From a virus (taxonomy: Duplodnaviria > Heunggongvirae > Uroviricota > Caudoviricetes), in IMG/VR virus record IMGVR_UViG_3300000944_000006, positions 18,380 to 82,379 of that record: a DNA stretch of 64,000 bases, one strand, 5' to 3'. Position numbers and translations under genes: made by a program. Below, in pieces: positions 27,209 to 36,021 of the stretch; within the stretch, counting starts at the first letter, position 1; the number at the start of each line of letters is the position of its first letter. The notes below the pieces were generated by a model. The model was not told where the DNA came from, ran no database searches, and worked only from the letters and a program-made list of their open reading frames with translations.

Positions 27209-27502
27209 TTAAGAAAATTTTATATTGTGTATATACATTTGACCATATTCAAGATGGCCCGAATCTAATTCTAAAGACGTTTCAAAAAATTTAATATTAC
27301 CACTGTTTCTCCAAGCATATGTTAAATCATCCATATCAATTTCAAAGTAAATATATTTTGCATGTTGGGGTATGTTAGTAGAATTTGGAAAATAAATTCT
27401 GGTATATATTTTAACATTATCGAAACGTAAATAATGTCTGTGTTTACCTAAAAAGTGTCTACCATCATTTTCAGACATATTGATTTTAATTTTTTTAAGC
27501 AT
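27209..27502 (-). CDS. hypothetical small protein
   Basis: ORF in a dense array of small genes. Confidence 0.4.
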   Translation of the reverse strand: MLKKIKINMSENDGRHFLGKHRHYLRFDNVKIYTRIYFPNSTNIPQHAKYIYFEIDMDDLTYAWRNSGNIKFFETSLELDSGHLEYGQMYIHNIKFS

Positions 27503-27816
27503 TATAAAAACTTTAATCCATAGATAGGTATGTGATAAAATAATTCTTTGTTTGTAGGCAAACTTTCTTCAAAAAATTCTGGCGAATAACCTTTTTGAAG
27601 GCATAGTCTAACAGCGTCTATATCAACTAGAAAATACGCATACGAAAAATCTTCAGTAGGCGTTTGATGTGTTGGAAGGTTTATGTCACAAGATACATCT
27701 GGTTCAATTTCAACAGCAAATACTTCTGCATTACCATCACCATAAACGCTTTTGCTTACGCTTCTACGAAACATATTCATATCTATTTTTAGTTTAACTT
27801 TAGTAAGATTTTTCAT
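27502..27816 (-). CDS. hypothetical small protein
   Basis: ORF in the array. Confidence 0.4.
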   Translation of the reverse strand: MKNLTKVKLKIDMNMFRRSVSKSVYGDGNAEVFAVEIEPDVSCDINLPTHQTPTEDFSYAYFLVDIDAVRLCLQKGYSPEFFEESLPTNKELFYHIPIYGLKFL

Positions 27817-28157
27817 TTTATAATAATTTCATGCATCGGTAAAAACCACGCGTTAGGTTCTCCGTTTTCATATCTAGGCAATTGGTTATAATAAATAGTA
27901 TCACAAAGTACAGGTGAATTATGTAATTTTTTCAGCACTTTATTAATTGCGTTAATATCACACTTAAAATAGATATTTTTCTCTCGGTGGTCGTTAAAAG
28001 AAATTATAGGCAATATAGTATCTACGCCCTTACGACTTTTGTGGAATCTAAAATAAATTCTTTTACCCAAATTGATGTCAAAAACCCATTCGTAAATACC
28101 ATCAGAATAAAAAGCGTCTGGACTATATAATTTAACATTAACCTTATTCATGTGCAT
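27813..28157 (-). CDS. hypothetical small protein
   Basis: ORF in the array. Confidence 0.4.
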   Translation of the reverse strand: MHMNKVNVKLYSPDAFYSDGIYEWVFDINLGKRIYFRFHKSRKGVDTILPIISFNDHREKNIYFKCDINAINKVLKKLHNSPVLCDTIYYNQLPRYENGEPNAWFLPMHEIIIK

Positions 28158-28533
28158 TATCCAAGATTTTTACAATTCTTCCAACAGTATTTGCGCCATC
28201 CCATGTTCTACATTTTCCTAAACATTCTTCAACAACGTTTATACGTTTTCCGCTTCTAAGAAATTCTTCTATTACATTAGGTGGTAAACTACACTTAAAT
28301 AAAATCGTATATTCGACACTTTTTACGTGGGTTTTATCTAACATAAAATTTTTTAATTTTCCATATGTGAGTGGCGATATATAAAAATCAAATGTATTAT
28401 ATTCTTCCAGACCTTTTCCTACCATAGTTTCTATGACATGAGTTTGTGTATCGCCAGAATCTAATTCTGTCGTGATATAGCTATTCTCTATGGAAGTTAT
28501 ATTTATTTTATAGTTATGTAACATCATCACCAA
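28144..28533 (-). CDS. hypothetical small protein
   Basis: ORF in the array. Confidence 0.4.
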   Translation of the reverse strand: MVMMLHNYKINITSIENSYITTELDSGDTQTHVIETMVGKGLEEYNTFDFYISPLTYGKLKNFMLDKTHVKSVEYTILFKCSLPPNVIEEFLRSGKRINVVEECLGKCRTWDGANTVGRIVKILDNAHE

Positions 28534-28924
28534 GCTTTTTAATATGTGTTATTTTTCCGCGTATAGCCATACCTTCATGCATCGATTTTGGCGTAATACC
28601 ATCTTCCAAAAAATTTATACGAGGTTGGTAAGAGGTATTTCTATCAAATTCTTTAAAAAAATAAAACATCTCTGCTGCAGAGATAGAGCATTCAAAAAAT
28701 ATTTCAACGTGGTTTATTATACCTGTGCCAACAATTTGTTCATTAAGGTTATGCAAGGAATATAAAAACTCTCTGTGTCCGTTTCTTAAATAGAAATCAA
28801 ATGGATTGGAACAGATATAATCACCATCAATAGTCAAGTGAAAACCAACTTCAATAAAGTCATTTTTTGTATCGGCATATTTTTCAAAACATATATTTTC
28901 AGCAATTATTTTATACTTATACAT
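28514..28924 (-). CDS. small protein, MYKYKI family
   Basis: MYKYKIIAEN. Start set at the MYKYK methionine. Confidence 0.45.
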   Translation of the reverse strand: MYKYKIIAENICFEKYADTKNDFIEVGFHLTIDGDYICSNPFDFYLRNGHREFLYSLHNLNEQIVGTGIINHVEIFFECSISAAEMFYFFKEFDRNTSYQPRINFLEDGITPKSMHEGMAIRGKITHIKKLGDDVT

Positions 28925-28938
28925 TTTTTCTGTCATTA

Positions 28939-29406
28939 TTATTCACCATCAATTTCTGTCAAACAGGATATATCCCAAAAACATCCAGACGCACAATCCC
29001 ATCCATAATACCAGTTTATATCATAGCGACAAGACCATTGATAAGGCGTTATTAAAATACCTTTATACGCACCATAAACCTTTTTCCAATCTATTCTGTA
29101 AAGACTAAGCAAGCCACCATTATTAGGATTTGGCTTTGCCCATTTCTTGTCAAATCGGCGTAATTCACTTTGCGATTTGATATGCAAAACATCTGTCATG
29201 TCGACATCAAATTTATACTCATGCTCACATTTTCTAAATGATTCGGTATCGCACCATGTTTTCCACCCAAGTTCTTGTTCATCAGACAACCAAAAACCGA
29301 CAGGCTTACCACATGCGCCTTCGTCTTTATCATATACTTCGAAAGAGCGGTTCTTATCGAACTGCCAATCTTCGGGATTACGTGATGGAAAATGTGATAA
29401 TATCAT
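28939..29406 (-). CDS. hypothetical Cys/Trp-rich protein
   Basis: GWDCASGCFWDISC motif. No family assigned. Confidence 0.4.
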   Translation of the reverse strand: MILSHFPSRNPEDWQFDKNRSFEVYDKDEGACGKPVGFWLSDEQELGWKTWCDTESFRKCEHEYKFDVDMTDVLHIKSQSELRRFDKKWAKPNPNNGGLLSLYRIDWKKVYGAYKGILITPYQWSCRYDINWYYGWDCASGCFWDISCLTEIDGE

Positions 29407-29412
29407 AATAGT

Positions 29413-29799
29413 CTATTCGTTATATACTGTAATACCGCTTCTTTCATCAACAATCTTGATTATATTACCTGTCGGCATTTGACCGAAAGAATAAGAATTT
29501 GTCTCTGGCGTTTCTAATATGTTTAAGCGGCGAGAGATTTTCTCGTCTCCTGTCTCAAAATATCCAATAATGTGGTCTTTGTGCATATCACATTCAAAGT
29601 ATAATGTATATTCGCCCGTAATTTTATCAATAGATTCAAATAAAGAAACTCTTTTATAGTCATCAAAATAAAAATCAATAATATTTGTATCTCGATGTTT
29701 TTTGTAACTATCGCTGTAGCATTCTATAAACTTTAAAGAATCTTCATCAGAGTAGATACTTAGACTAATAGACGTTATTTTTATTTTATACTTGTACAT
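29413..29799 (-). CDS. small protein, MYKYKI family
   Basis: MYKYKIKITS. Confidence 0.45.
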   Translation of the reverse strand: MYKYKIKITSISLSIYSDEDSLKFIECYSDSYKKHRDTNIIDFYFDDYKRVSLFESIDKITGEYTLYFECDMHKDHIIGYFETGDEKISRRLNILETPETNSYSFGQMPTGNIIKIVDERSGITVYNE

Positions 29800-29977
29800 T
29801 ATTTTCCAACAATATCAAAATTTTCCAATACGGGCTTGCAATCTGTCCCTCTTTACCTTCTTTGGCTAATTTGTAATGTGTGCTTATTGTAGACCGATTC
29901 ACACCACATATCTTGGCCCATTGATTTTGATTCAAACCCAAAGATTCAATTCTCTCGATATAATTCGTTTTATCCAT
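29786..29977 (-). CDS. helix-turn-helix DNA-binding protein (63 aa)
   Basis: LGLNQNQWAKICGVNRSTIS is an HTH signature. Confidence 0.5.
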   Translation of the reverse strand: MDKTNYIERIESLGLNQNQWAKICGVNRSTISTHYKLAKEGKEGQIASPYWKILILLENNVQV

Positions 29978-30030
29978 TTTGGATATCCTTATTTCTCGAC
30001 TTTAGAAAACTACTTCCCATAAACTAAATA

Positions 30031-30606
30031 TTAAAGTTGGCTACGAATCGTTCCGTGGTCGTTCAAGCAAGGGATTTTCATATCATCAATTTTGATATAG
30101 GCGGTTTCTTTTCCAAGAAATTCTTGTTTGCAAACTTCAACGCCGTTCCAATCAATATAACCATATTCAGGGTTTTTAGTAAGGGCTTCAACACTTGCTG
30201 TCAATGATTCAAATGTCCGTTCGCGACGAGCAAAAACATAGTCAGCGCCGCTTGAAATCAACACAGCACCTTCTACAGGGGCTTCGTTTTCTTGGCTTTC
30301 GACATATCCCATACTACCAGTTGTTCCTTGCACAACAGCTATAGACGCTGTTCCGTCAGGATGTAGCCACATCTTTTTGTAATAGGCCATATCAATCATA
30401 CCATCAAAACCTTTACCACTAAAAGCGTTGATAATTTCTTCAACTTCAGACTGCTTAGGCCCGTCTGTGTAAGAAACGTTAATAGATGCGCCACCTGCGT
30501 ATTTTTCAGACCGAACTGAAAACTTCGTTTCTGGGTATTTTGATTTTAAAGTCTTACGAATGATTTTCGCAATTTCGACAACAGATTTATAAACAGCTTC
30601 TGCCAT
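30031..30606 (-). CDS. hypothetical protein (about 191 aa), expressed from promoter cassette copy D
   Basis: Start set at MAEAVYK with GGAGAA 8 nt upstream. Confidence 0.5.
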   Translation of the reverse strand: MAEAVYKSVVEIAKIIRKTLKSKYPETKFSVRSEKYAGGASINVSYTDGPKQSEVEEIINAFSGKGFDGMIDMAYYKKMWLHPDGTASIAVVQGTTGSMGYVESQENEAPVEGAVLISSGADYVFARRERTFESLTASVEALTKNPEYGYIDWNGVEVCKQEFLGKETAYIKIDDMKIPCLNDHGTIRSQL

Positions 30607-30695
30607 AACATTTTCTCCATTTTTGCTACGAACTATAATTATCACACTATGTTGTGTATTGCAACACTTATTTTGATTTATTTTTAAATTTATCT
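30606..30695 (-). promoter_or_regulatory. early promoter/leader cassette copy D (TTGCAA, palindrome TGTTGTGTATTGCAACA)
   Basis: A 34-nt stretch AAATAAATCAAAATAAGTGTTGCAATACACAACA is identical to copy B (50855..). The leader is homologous to copies A and C. Confidence 0.6.
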
Positions 30696-30800
30696 TGCAA
30701 AAATAATATAAATTTATTTTTCTTTTTCAGATGTATCAATCTTTCGTTGTTATGCTGAATATCAGTATGCGCTTTGTATAACAGCCATTTTTACAATCCT

Positions 30801-30840
30801 CTAAATAAAGAAAAAAGAAGAGGAAATTGTTCCTCTTCTT
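30801..30840 (-). terminator. rho-independent terminator (11-bp stem AAGAAGAGGAA/TTCCTCTTCTT, 4-nt loop, U-run on minus strand)
   Basis: Hairpin 17 nt after the stop of the 30858..31373 gene, followed on the minus strand by TTTTCTTTATTT. Confidence 0.6.
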
Positions 30841-30857
30841 TATAATATCAGCAGGTA

Positions 30858-31373
30858 TTAAGCTGCTTGTCGCTGATGTTCAGTAGCTTTCCATTCAGCA
30901 AAACGTTGCATTGTGACGCGCGAATCATCTGTTGAATATTTGCGAATCATTTTTTCAATAGCAGACCAATTTGGCGTTGTCCGCGTCTGGGGGTTTTCCA
31001 TATGTGTGTATGGTGTACCGCGTAGGAAACCGTATGCAAGATGCGTAGACCGTGCGGCGGAACGAACAATTGTTTTACGATGGTCTTGAAGGCTCTTATA
31101 CGCGTTTAGACGTGCGCGGGCCTGCTGTTGCCATTTTTCAAGCTTTTCAGGCGATACATTGTTTTGTGCAATATACGCTTTTTGCTTTTCAAGTTGGCGC
31201 TTCAGCTTCGTTTCTTCTGTGCGAATCGTCCGTGATTCGTCAGAAAGGTTTTTCAATTTGATTTTCATTTTAATAGACATATAATTCCTCTTTGTCTGTC
31301 TTTGTGCGAATGTTTGTTGTTTCATAATAATAAAATAAGGAATTATTTTACGGCGGTGATTTATTGCGTTCAC
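30858..31373 (-). CDS. hypothetical protein
   Basis: ORF in a locally GC-richer segment. The true start may be an internal Met (MSIKMK). Confidence 0.45.
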   Translation of the reverse strand: MNAINHRRKIIPYFIIMKQQTFAQRQTKRNYMSIKMKIKLKNLSDESRTIRTEETKLKRQLEKQKAYIAQNNVSPEKLEKWQQQARARLNAYKSLQDHRKTIVRSAARSTHLAYGFLRGTPYTHMENPQTRTTPNWSAIEKMIRKYSTDDSRVTMQRFAEWKATEHQRQAA

Positions 31374-31428
31374 AAATTACGCATAGTGATATCCTTTTCT
31401 GCTAATGTTTAAATCTTTTTACAAAATT

Positions 31429-31499
31429 TGGAGGAATACTAGGGACTCGAACCCCATGCTTTAAGGATTGAAAGCCTTAGCAAACCCGCGTTGTATTCC
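31429..31499 (-). ncRNA. tRNA-like element with non-canonical structure (7-bp acceptor GGAATAC/GTATTCC, T-arm GGGGTTCGAGTCCC, CCA end, short D-arm, apparent 8-nt anticodon loop CTTTCAAT)
   Basis: Hand folding gives a perfect acceptor stem, canonical T-arm and encoded CCA, but only 11 nt for the D region and the stem TAAGG/CCTTA closing an 8-nt loop. Confidence 0.4.
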
Positions 31500-31555
31500 A
31501 CATATAATCATTATTTATGGGAAAGCAACCAGTAGCAGCAGCTTTCCCAATGTTA

Positions 31556-32416
31556 CTATTTATTAACGTTGATGAACGGTACTGCGCCAGACCCCATATA
31601 AGTCGGTAATTGACCATTCCAAGATTCGACAGAACGTAGTTCAATCACTTGTGGATTACGGGCAATCGCATCGCCTTCCAAATCTAGTGCATCAGCTTTA
31701 GCTTTTGCTTCGATAAGAATTGCTTCAGCACGGCCTTTTGATTCCGCAATTTTAATTTGCGCTTCGGCGTTAGCTGTTTGAATTTGGTTCTCACGTTCTT
31801 GTGCGACCTGCGTGGCACGAATTTTCGCGTCGATAGACTGCACAACAGATGGTGGTAAATTCATTTCACCAATCCAGTAAAGTTTTTCGATATTGATACC
31901 GAATTGCTTAACTTGCGCCTGTACGTTAGCTTGGGCGTTTTTCATAAGCGTCACCTTACCTTCGCCATAAACAGCTTCGATAGGCATTACAGACCCGCCT
32001 TCAACAAGTGCATCACGTACCATGTTACGAAGATATACATCCGTAATTTCATGGATACCACGACGATATTTCTGGAATAGAATATCAACTTTTTCAGGGT
32101 CGACATAATACGACATACCAATATCAGCAGATACTACAAGACCGCCTCTTGTTTGGAATGAAACGCTTTCGTCAGTTTTAGAACCACGGCGCGAATCAGA
32201 AGTCCATTCTTCGTTTTGGGTAAATGTCGGGAAGATATGAAGTTCTTGCGTAGGCGGAATAAATTCATATCCCACACCTACCACTTCTTCATTGACAGCA
32301 TTGTCAGACCCTAATTTGTCAACTTTGACCCCCACATGCCCTACAGGGACTTTTGAACAAGCTGATACTGCTACGAGCGCAAGGGCTGCAATAAATGGTG
32401 TGAAAAATCGTTTCAT
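31556..32416 (-). CDS. SPFH/band-7 (HflK/HflC-stomatin-like) lipoprotein
   Basis: Lipobox LVAVSAC after a signal peptide. Central region and C-terminal coiled-coil AEAQIKIAESKGRAEAILIEAKAKADA are typical of SPFH-domain proteins. Confidence 0.65.
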   Translation of the reverse strand: MKRFFTPFIAALALVAVSACSKVPVGHVGVKVDKLGSDNAVNEEVVGVGYEFIPPTQELHIFPTFTQNEEWTSDSRRGSKTDESVSFQTRGGLVVSADIGMSYYVDPEKVDILFQKYRRGIHEITDVYLRNMVRDALVEGGSVMPIEAVYGEGKVTLMKNAQANVQAQVKQFGINIEKLYWIGEMNLPPSVVQSIDAKIRATQVAQERENQIQTANAEAQIKIAESKGRAEAILIEAKAKADALDLEGDAIARNPQVIELRSVESWNGQLPTYMGSGAVPFINVNK

Positions 32417-32443
32417 ACGAATCTCTTTCTTTTTGTTTAAGGA

Positions 32444-32653
32444 TTACTCTTCGATAGAATTGGGAAGAAGAATTTTTTTGGCGCTATCTTTACCCATTGC
32501 ATAAGCGAATAGACATACTGCTAAAACAGCAAGAAATCCAAACGCAACAATAAAGCCACTACCACTATTTAATAAGTGCGGAATTATCATTCCTGCGGCA
32601 ACTGCCAGTAAAAACATACGGGCGATGTGATAAAAAATTCTAAGTAAATACAT
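32444..32653 (-). CDS. small two-TM membrane protein upstream of the SPFH gene
   Basis: 69 aa, two hydrophobic helices. Same-strand neighbour 27 nt upstream of the SPFH gene. Confidence 0.45.
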   Translation of the reverse strand: MYLLRIFYHIARMFLLAVAAGMIIPHLLNSGSGFIVAFGFLAVLAVCLFAYAMGKDSAKKILLPNSIEE

Positions 32654-32862
32654 ACGCTTTATAAATCCTTCATTCTCAATTTATGCATTAATGTTAATTA
32701 AGCTTTTCTATATTGTCAATAATTATTTTAATATTTTTAAATGGATTACTATTTTTTTTCTGGTGTAATATTCGAAAGCTTACAAGCTTTTTTTAAATCT
32801 TCGGTACTACAATAAGCGGGCTATATATGTAAGACGCCGCACGAATTTTTCTTGCAAGGATT

Positions 32863-33273
32863 TTACGCATTTTTTGTTATCACTTTTTCTATTTTTATAG
32901 TTATGCAATCATATATTTCGCGGAAATCTATATGTGGAACACTGTACGCTGATTTTATAAAATTTTCAATGTCTTTTCTTTTCCCTGTGATATTAAAATA
33001 TATATCATGGGTTTCGTCAAACAAGCGATTAGTGTGCGTGCCTTTATCTTCTTCCGTTGTATTAAAAACATCCTGCAATTCAGATAAAGATTTTTTTAAC
33101 AAATACAACGGCAATTTGACATCAATAGTTTTAGGATGGTCTTGGGTAAACATAATATTGCATAAAGCGCGTGATGCACCAGACAAGCTTGGGTATAAGA
33201 AAATGCCTACGAAATGAGCATTTGGTATACGATATTTGGCTGTAATAAATTCGTTTTCTTTATTTTCTGTCAT
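32863..33273 (-). CDS. hypothetical protein (136 aa)
   Basis: ORF. Confidence 0.45.
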   Translation of the reverse strand: MTENKENEFITAKYRIPNAHFVGIFLYPSLSGASRALCNIMFTQDHPKTIDVKLPLYLLKKSLSELQDVFNTTEEDKGTHTNRLFDETHDIYFNITGKRKDIENFIKSAYSVPHIDFREIYDCITIKIEKVITKNA

Positions 33274-33293
33274 TAACTTTTGCGCCTAGCATT

Positions 33294-33530
33294 TTAAAAC
33301 TGTCCGTTATTTCTGCGATTGATATCGCGAACAATCATCTTAACTGATATGTTAACATTCTTGTTACTTGGCGAACCGCTTGCAGTAAGCTTCATACGAT
33401 TTTTCTTGAAGTTATATTCTACACTAAAATGTCCATTTTTAGTGCGAGAAATGTCAACAAATTCGACATCTTTAATGCCGTTGACTTCCCTTTTGAGAAT
33501 CTTTTTAGCTTTAGAATTCCAGATTGACAT
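33294..33530 (-). CDS. hypothetical protein (78 aa)
   Basis: ORF. Confidence 0.4.
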   Translation of the reverse strand: MSIWNSKAKKILKREVNGIKDVEFVDISRTKNGHFSVEYNFKKNRMKLTASGSPSNKNVNISVKMIVRDINRRNNGQF

Positions 33531-33603
33531 AATAATCTCCTATATGTGTGTCTATGCGTCACCGTATCATAATAATAACAATGTGTCAAACATTACATTT
33601 GTA

Positions 33604-33981
33604 CTATCGTGTTATCTTAACAAGATTAACGCCCATTACATCTGTGAAAGATAATATACGATTAGATTCTTTAATAGGCGGATTATTAGATTTGAAATAA
33701 AAAGTATTTGGATATTTTTCAAAATATCTATCGACTATAGTATCCTTTATATAGTATTTAGATTTGTCTTTATTTGGGTATTTGTCATTGTAGACATACA
33801 GATACTGATTACTGTCGCGCAAATTAACATTAAAATAATCCAACATTTCTTCATATAATTTCACATTGTTCTCAAAAACAATGCAGTTGGAATCGCCTAA
33901 TCCAAAAACCACGCTTGATATTCTTGTATCAAATTCTATAAGCGAAACTTTATTAAAAGGTATTTTGAATTTATACATCAT
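33604..33981 (-). CDS. small protein, MYKYKI family (MMYKFKIPF)
   Basis: N-terminal family motif. Confidence 0.45.
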   Translation of the reverse strand: MMYKFKIPFNKVSLIEFDTRISSVVFGLGDSNCIVFENNVKLYEEMLDYFNVNLRDSNQYLYVYNDKYPNKDKSKYYIKDTIVDRYFEKYPNTFYFKSNNPPIKESNRILSFTDVMGVNLVKITR

Positions 33982-34345
33982 ATTTTCTAATTTTACGAAT
34001 ACAGTTCAAAATTTTAAATTTATAACGTTCCTTATCCTTTTTTTGAATATCTAAAAACAAGTATAAAGAAGGGTCTTGTTTTCTTACCCATTTTGCTAAT
34101 CTGCGTGAATATAATGTCCCGTAATTATCAAGACGGCTTGCCCAATACTCTTGCCGAACATCATGAGATGAAAACTTGGTTTCTTGGTCAAGATATAAAA
34201 TTTTACTTAGGTCAAATTTACAATGCTTCTTGCGGAAAAAATTATATATTTTACGCAAAGTTTTTCGCTTAGGGCTATATGCCCAAAACCAAAGATTTTC
34301 TAACAGACGTGAAAACTTCCGAAGTATTTTAAGTTTAAATAGCAC
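33971..34345 (-). CDS. hypothetical basic protein (124 aa)
   Basis: ORF, K/R rich. Confidence 0.4.
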   Translation of the reverse strand: MLFKLKILRKFSRLLENLWFWAYSPKRKTLRKIYNFFRKKHCKFDLSKILYLDQETKFSSHDVRQEYWASRLDNYGTLYSRRLAKWVRKQDPSLYLFLDIQKKDKERYKFKILNCIRKIRKYDV

Positions 34346-34346
34346 T

Positions 34347-34742
34347 TTACTTTTTCTTCTTACGTCTTGCTTTTTCAGCTATAATCGCATCTTCATTTTC
34401 ATCATACCAAGATTGCCATTTTTCAAGCTTTTTTTCGTATTGTTTGATATCTATATCATAAGAATAATCTGATTGGATATACTGTATGCAAAAATATACT
34501 TCATCACCATCGCCACGATACATACCACCTTCATATTCGAAAGAGCATTTCGAAAAGTCGTTTACAGGTGTCCACAATTGAGGGTCTACGCGTGTAGAAA
34601 AATATCCTTTTTCTTCGCCTGCTATAAACTTATCAAACACATCTTTTAATTGCTGAATAGTTTGGTCGGTGATTGCTTCCCAATATACACGATGGTCGAC
34701 AGTTTTCTTTTCTGGCTTAACAGGTTTTTTTCTTAAAATCAT
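34347..34742 (-). CDS. hypothetical protein (131 aa)
   Basis: ORF. Confidence 0.45.
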   Translation of the reverse strand: MILRKKPVKPEKKTVDHRVYWEAITDQTIQQLKDVFDKFIAGEEKGYFSTRVDPQLWTPVNDFSKCSFEYEGGMYRGDGDEVYFCIQYIQSDYSYDIDIKQYEKKLEKWQSWYDENEDAIIAEKARRKKKK

Positions 34743-34770
34743 AATAAAGAATATCCATAATAAATTTAGT

Positions 34771-35067
34771 CTAAATCTTAGACATTTTCAAATATTTATC
34801 AAGAACAAAATCCATAGAATATCGTTCTTTGTGTACGCGTGTTCTAAATGCGCCATTTTCTTCGCTGATAATAAAATCTGATATTTGTACAATACGCGTA
34901 TTTAAATCATGCAGACCGCTAAGTTTTTTGAAGGTAAGTTTGAAAAAGTCGCCAACATTTTCTTTGGTAAAGAACACTGTTTCGTTGCCAGTGTTCTTTA
35001 AAATTTCTTCCATATCCGTCTTAAGACTAATAGAGACATATGCATAAAATGTGTGCGTATTTTTCAT
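34771..35067 (-). CDS. hypothetical protein (98 aa)
   Basis: ORF. Confidence 0.4.
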   Translation of the reverse strand: MKNTHTFYAYVSISLKTDMEEILKNTGNETVFFTKENVGDFFKLTFKKLSGLHDLNTRIVQISDFIISEENGAFRTRVHKERYSMDFVLDKYLKMSKI

Positions 35068-35102
35068 AATAAGCCATATATTATTGACTTATTTTAAGTG
35101 TG

Positions 35103-35741
35103 TCAAACTATATTTGGCATGTCGTTATAAAAATCTACAAAGACATCATATACGTCTGCAAGAGCAACAAAATCACAAGACGCATCATCTATACCATCAC
35201 TGTTTAAATCTGCTGTGCTATTAGTTGTCACAAGTATTCCTAAAGGTTCTCCATATTCAGAAACAACAGGCGAACCAGACATTCCACCACCTACAGGCTG
35301 ATAATATATATGTTCATAGGCGTCATGCGACAATATAAGTGGTGGATTTTCCATTTTGGCTATCCAAGTAGGTGTTACATAACCATCAGAACCAGAAACA
35401 TCTCTTTTGTAATGAACGCGCATAACACGTTCTGAAAGATGCCCTGAAGCATGGGGGTATCCCCACGTATAAAGCCTTTCCCCGCGTTTTGGTTCGCGTG
35501 GTCTAGCCATAGAAGATAAATTACAACCGATTAAAGCTGCGTCTATAACACCTGTTCCTGCCATTATTTCTCCGCTCACAAATGGTGGTAGTTTACGTTC
35601 TTGTTCTTTTAAAACATGCATAGCAGTTACCCAACCACCTGCCCATTGCCAATATGTTCCAGACGCTTCTACACGCTTTGATGCGTGGAAATGCTTTTTT
35701 ATTATAAATCCAAAGTCTTCAGGTCTTTTCATCACAATCAT
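35103..35741 (-). CDS. trypsin/chymotrypsin-like serine peptidase
   Basis: Candidate catalytic His in TAMHVLKE and an oxyanion/Ser motif GGGMSGSPVV (GDSGGP-like). Locally GC-richer codon usage. Confidence 0.5.
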   Translation of the reverse strand: MIVMKRPEDFGFIIKKHFHASKRVEASGTYWQWAGGWVTAMHVLKEQERKLPPFVSGEIMAGTGVIDAALIGCNLSSMARPREPKRGERLYTWGYPHASGHLSERVMRVHYKRDVSGSDGYVTPTWIAKMENPPLILSHDAYEHIYYQPVGGGMSGSPVVSEYGEPLGILVTTNSTADLNSDGIDDASCDFVALADVYDVFVDFYNDMPNIV

Positions 35742-36021
35742 ATTTATAAATTATTTTTACAATACGTGTTTCATCAACAAAATAAATTCTTTGTAAAAAG
35801 TTTTCTATGCACAGTTGGTTCCAAAATTTAGTCGATGGCCCCATTCCTGTATTAATAAGTTCAAGCATTTTTTCGTCGTGAATACTATCTAATGGTATCG
35901 TTAAGGGTGTGCCCTGAATGTTCAAATTTATTTGAACATGTGGACTTGGATATGAAAAATTATCAGAAGTAGAAAGATATATACTATGTATGTCTTCAGT
36001 TTTAATATAAAATTTATACAT
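35719..36021 (-). CDS. small protein, MYKYKI family (MYKFYIKTED)
   Basis: Start set at the family methionine. Confidence 0.4.
   Translation of the reverse strand: MYKFYIKTEDIHSIYLSTSDNFSYPSPHVQINLNIQGTPLTIPLDSIHDEKMLELINTGMGPSTKFWNQLCIENFLQRIYFVDETRIVKIIYKYDCDEKT

Noticed and set aside
28915-28936. TATAAATA-like octamer embedded in the ATG-TAT-AAA-TAT-AAA (MYKYK) starts, considered as late promoters
   Set aside because: The box would place the transcription start inside the ORF, downstream of the start codon. More parsimonious as a conserved N-terminal coding motif.
32444-32653. Calling the small membrane protein upstream of the SPFH gene an NfeD homolog
   Set aside because: At 69 aa it is far too short to contain the NfeD OB-fold domain. 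Only the operon position is suggestive, so it is listed as a generic membrane partner.
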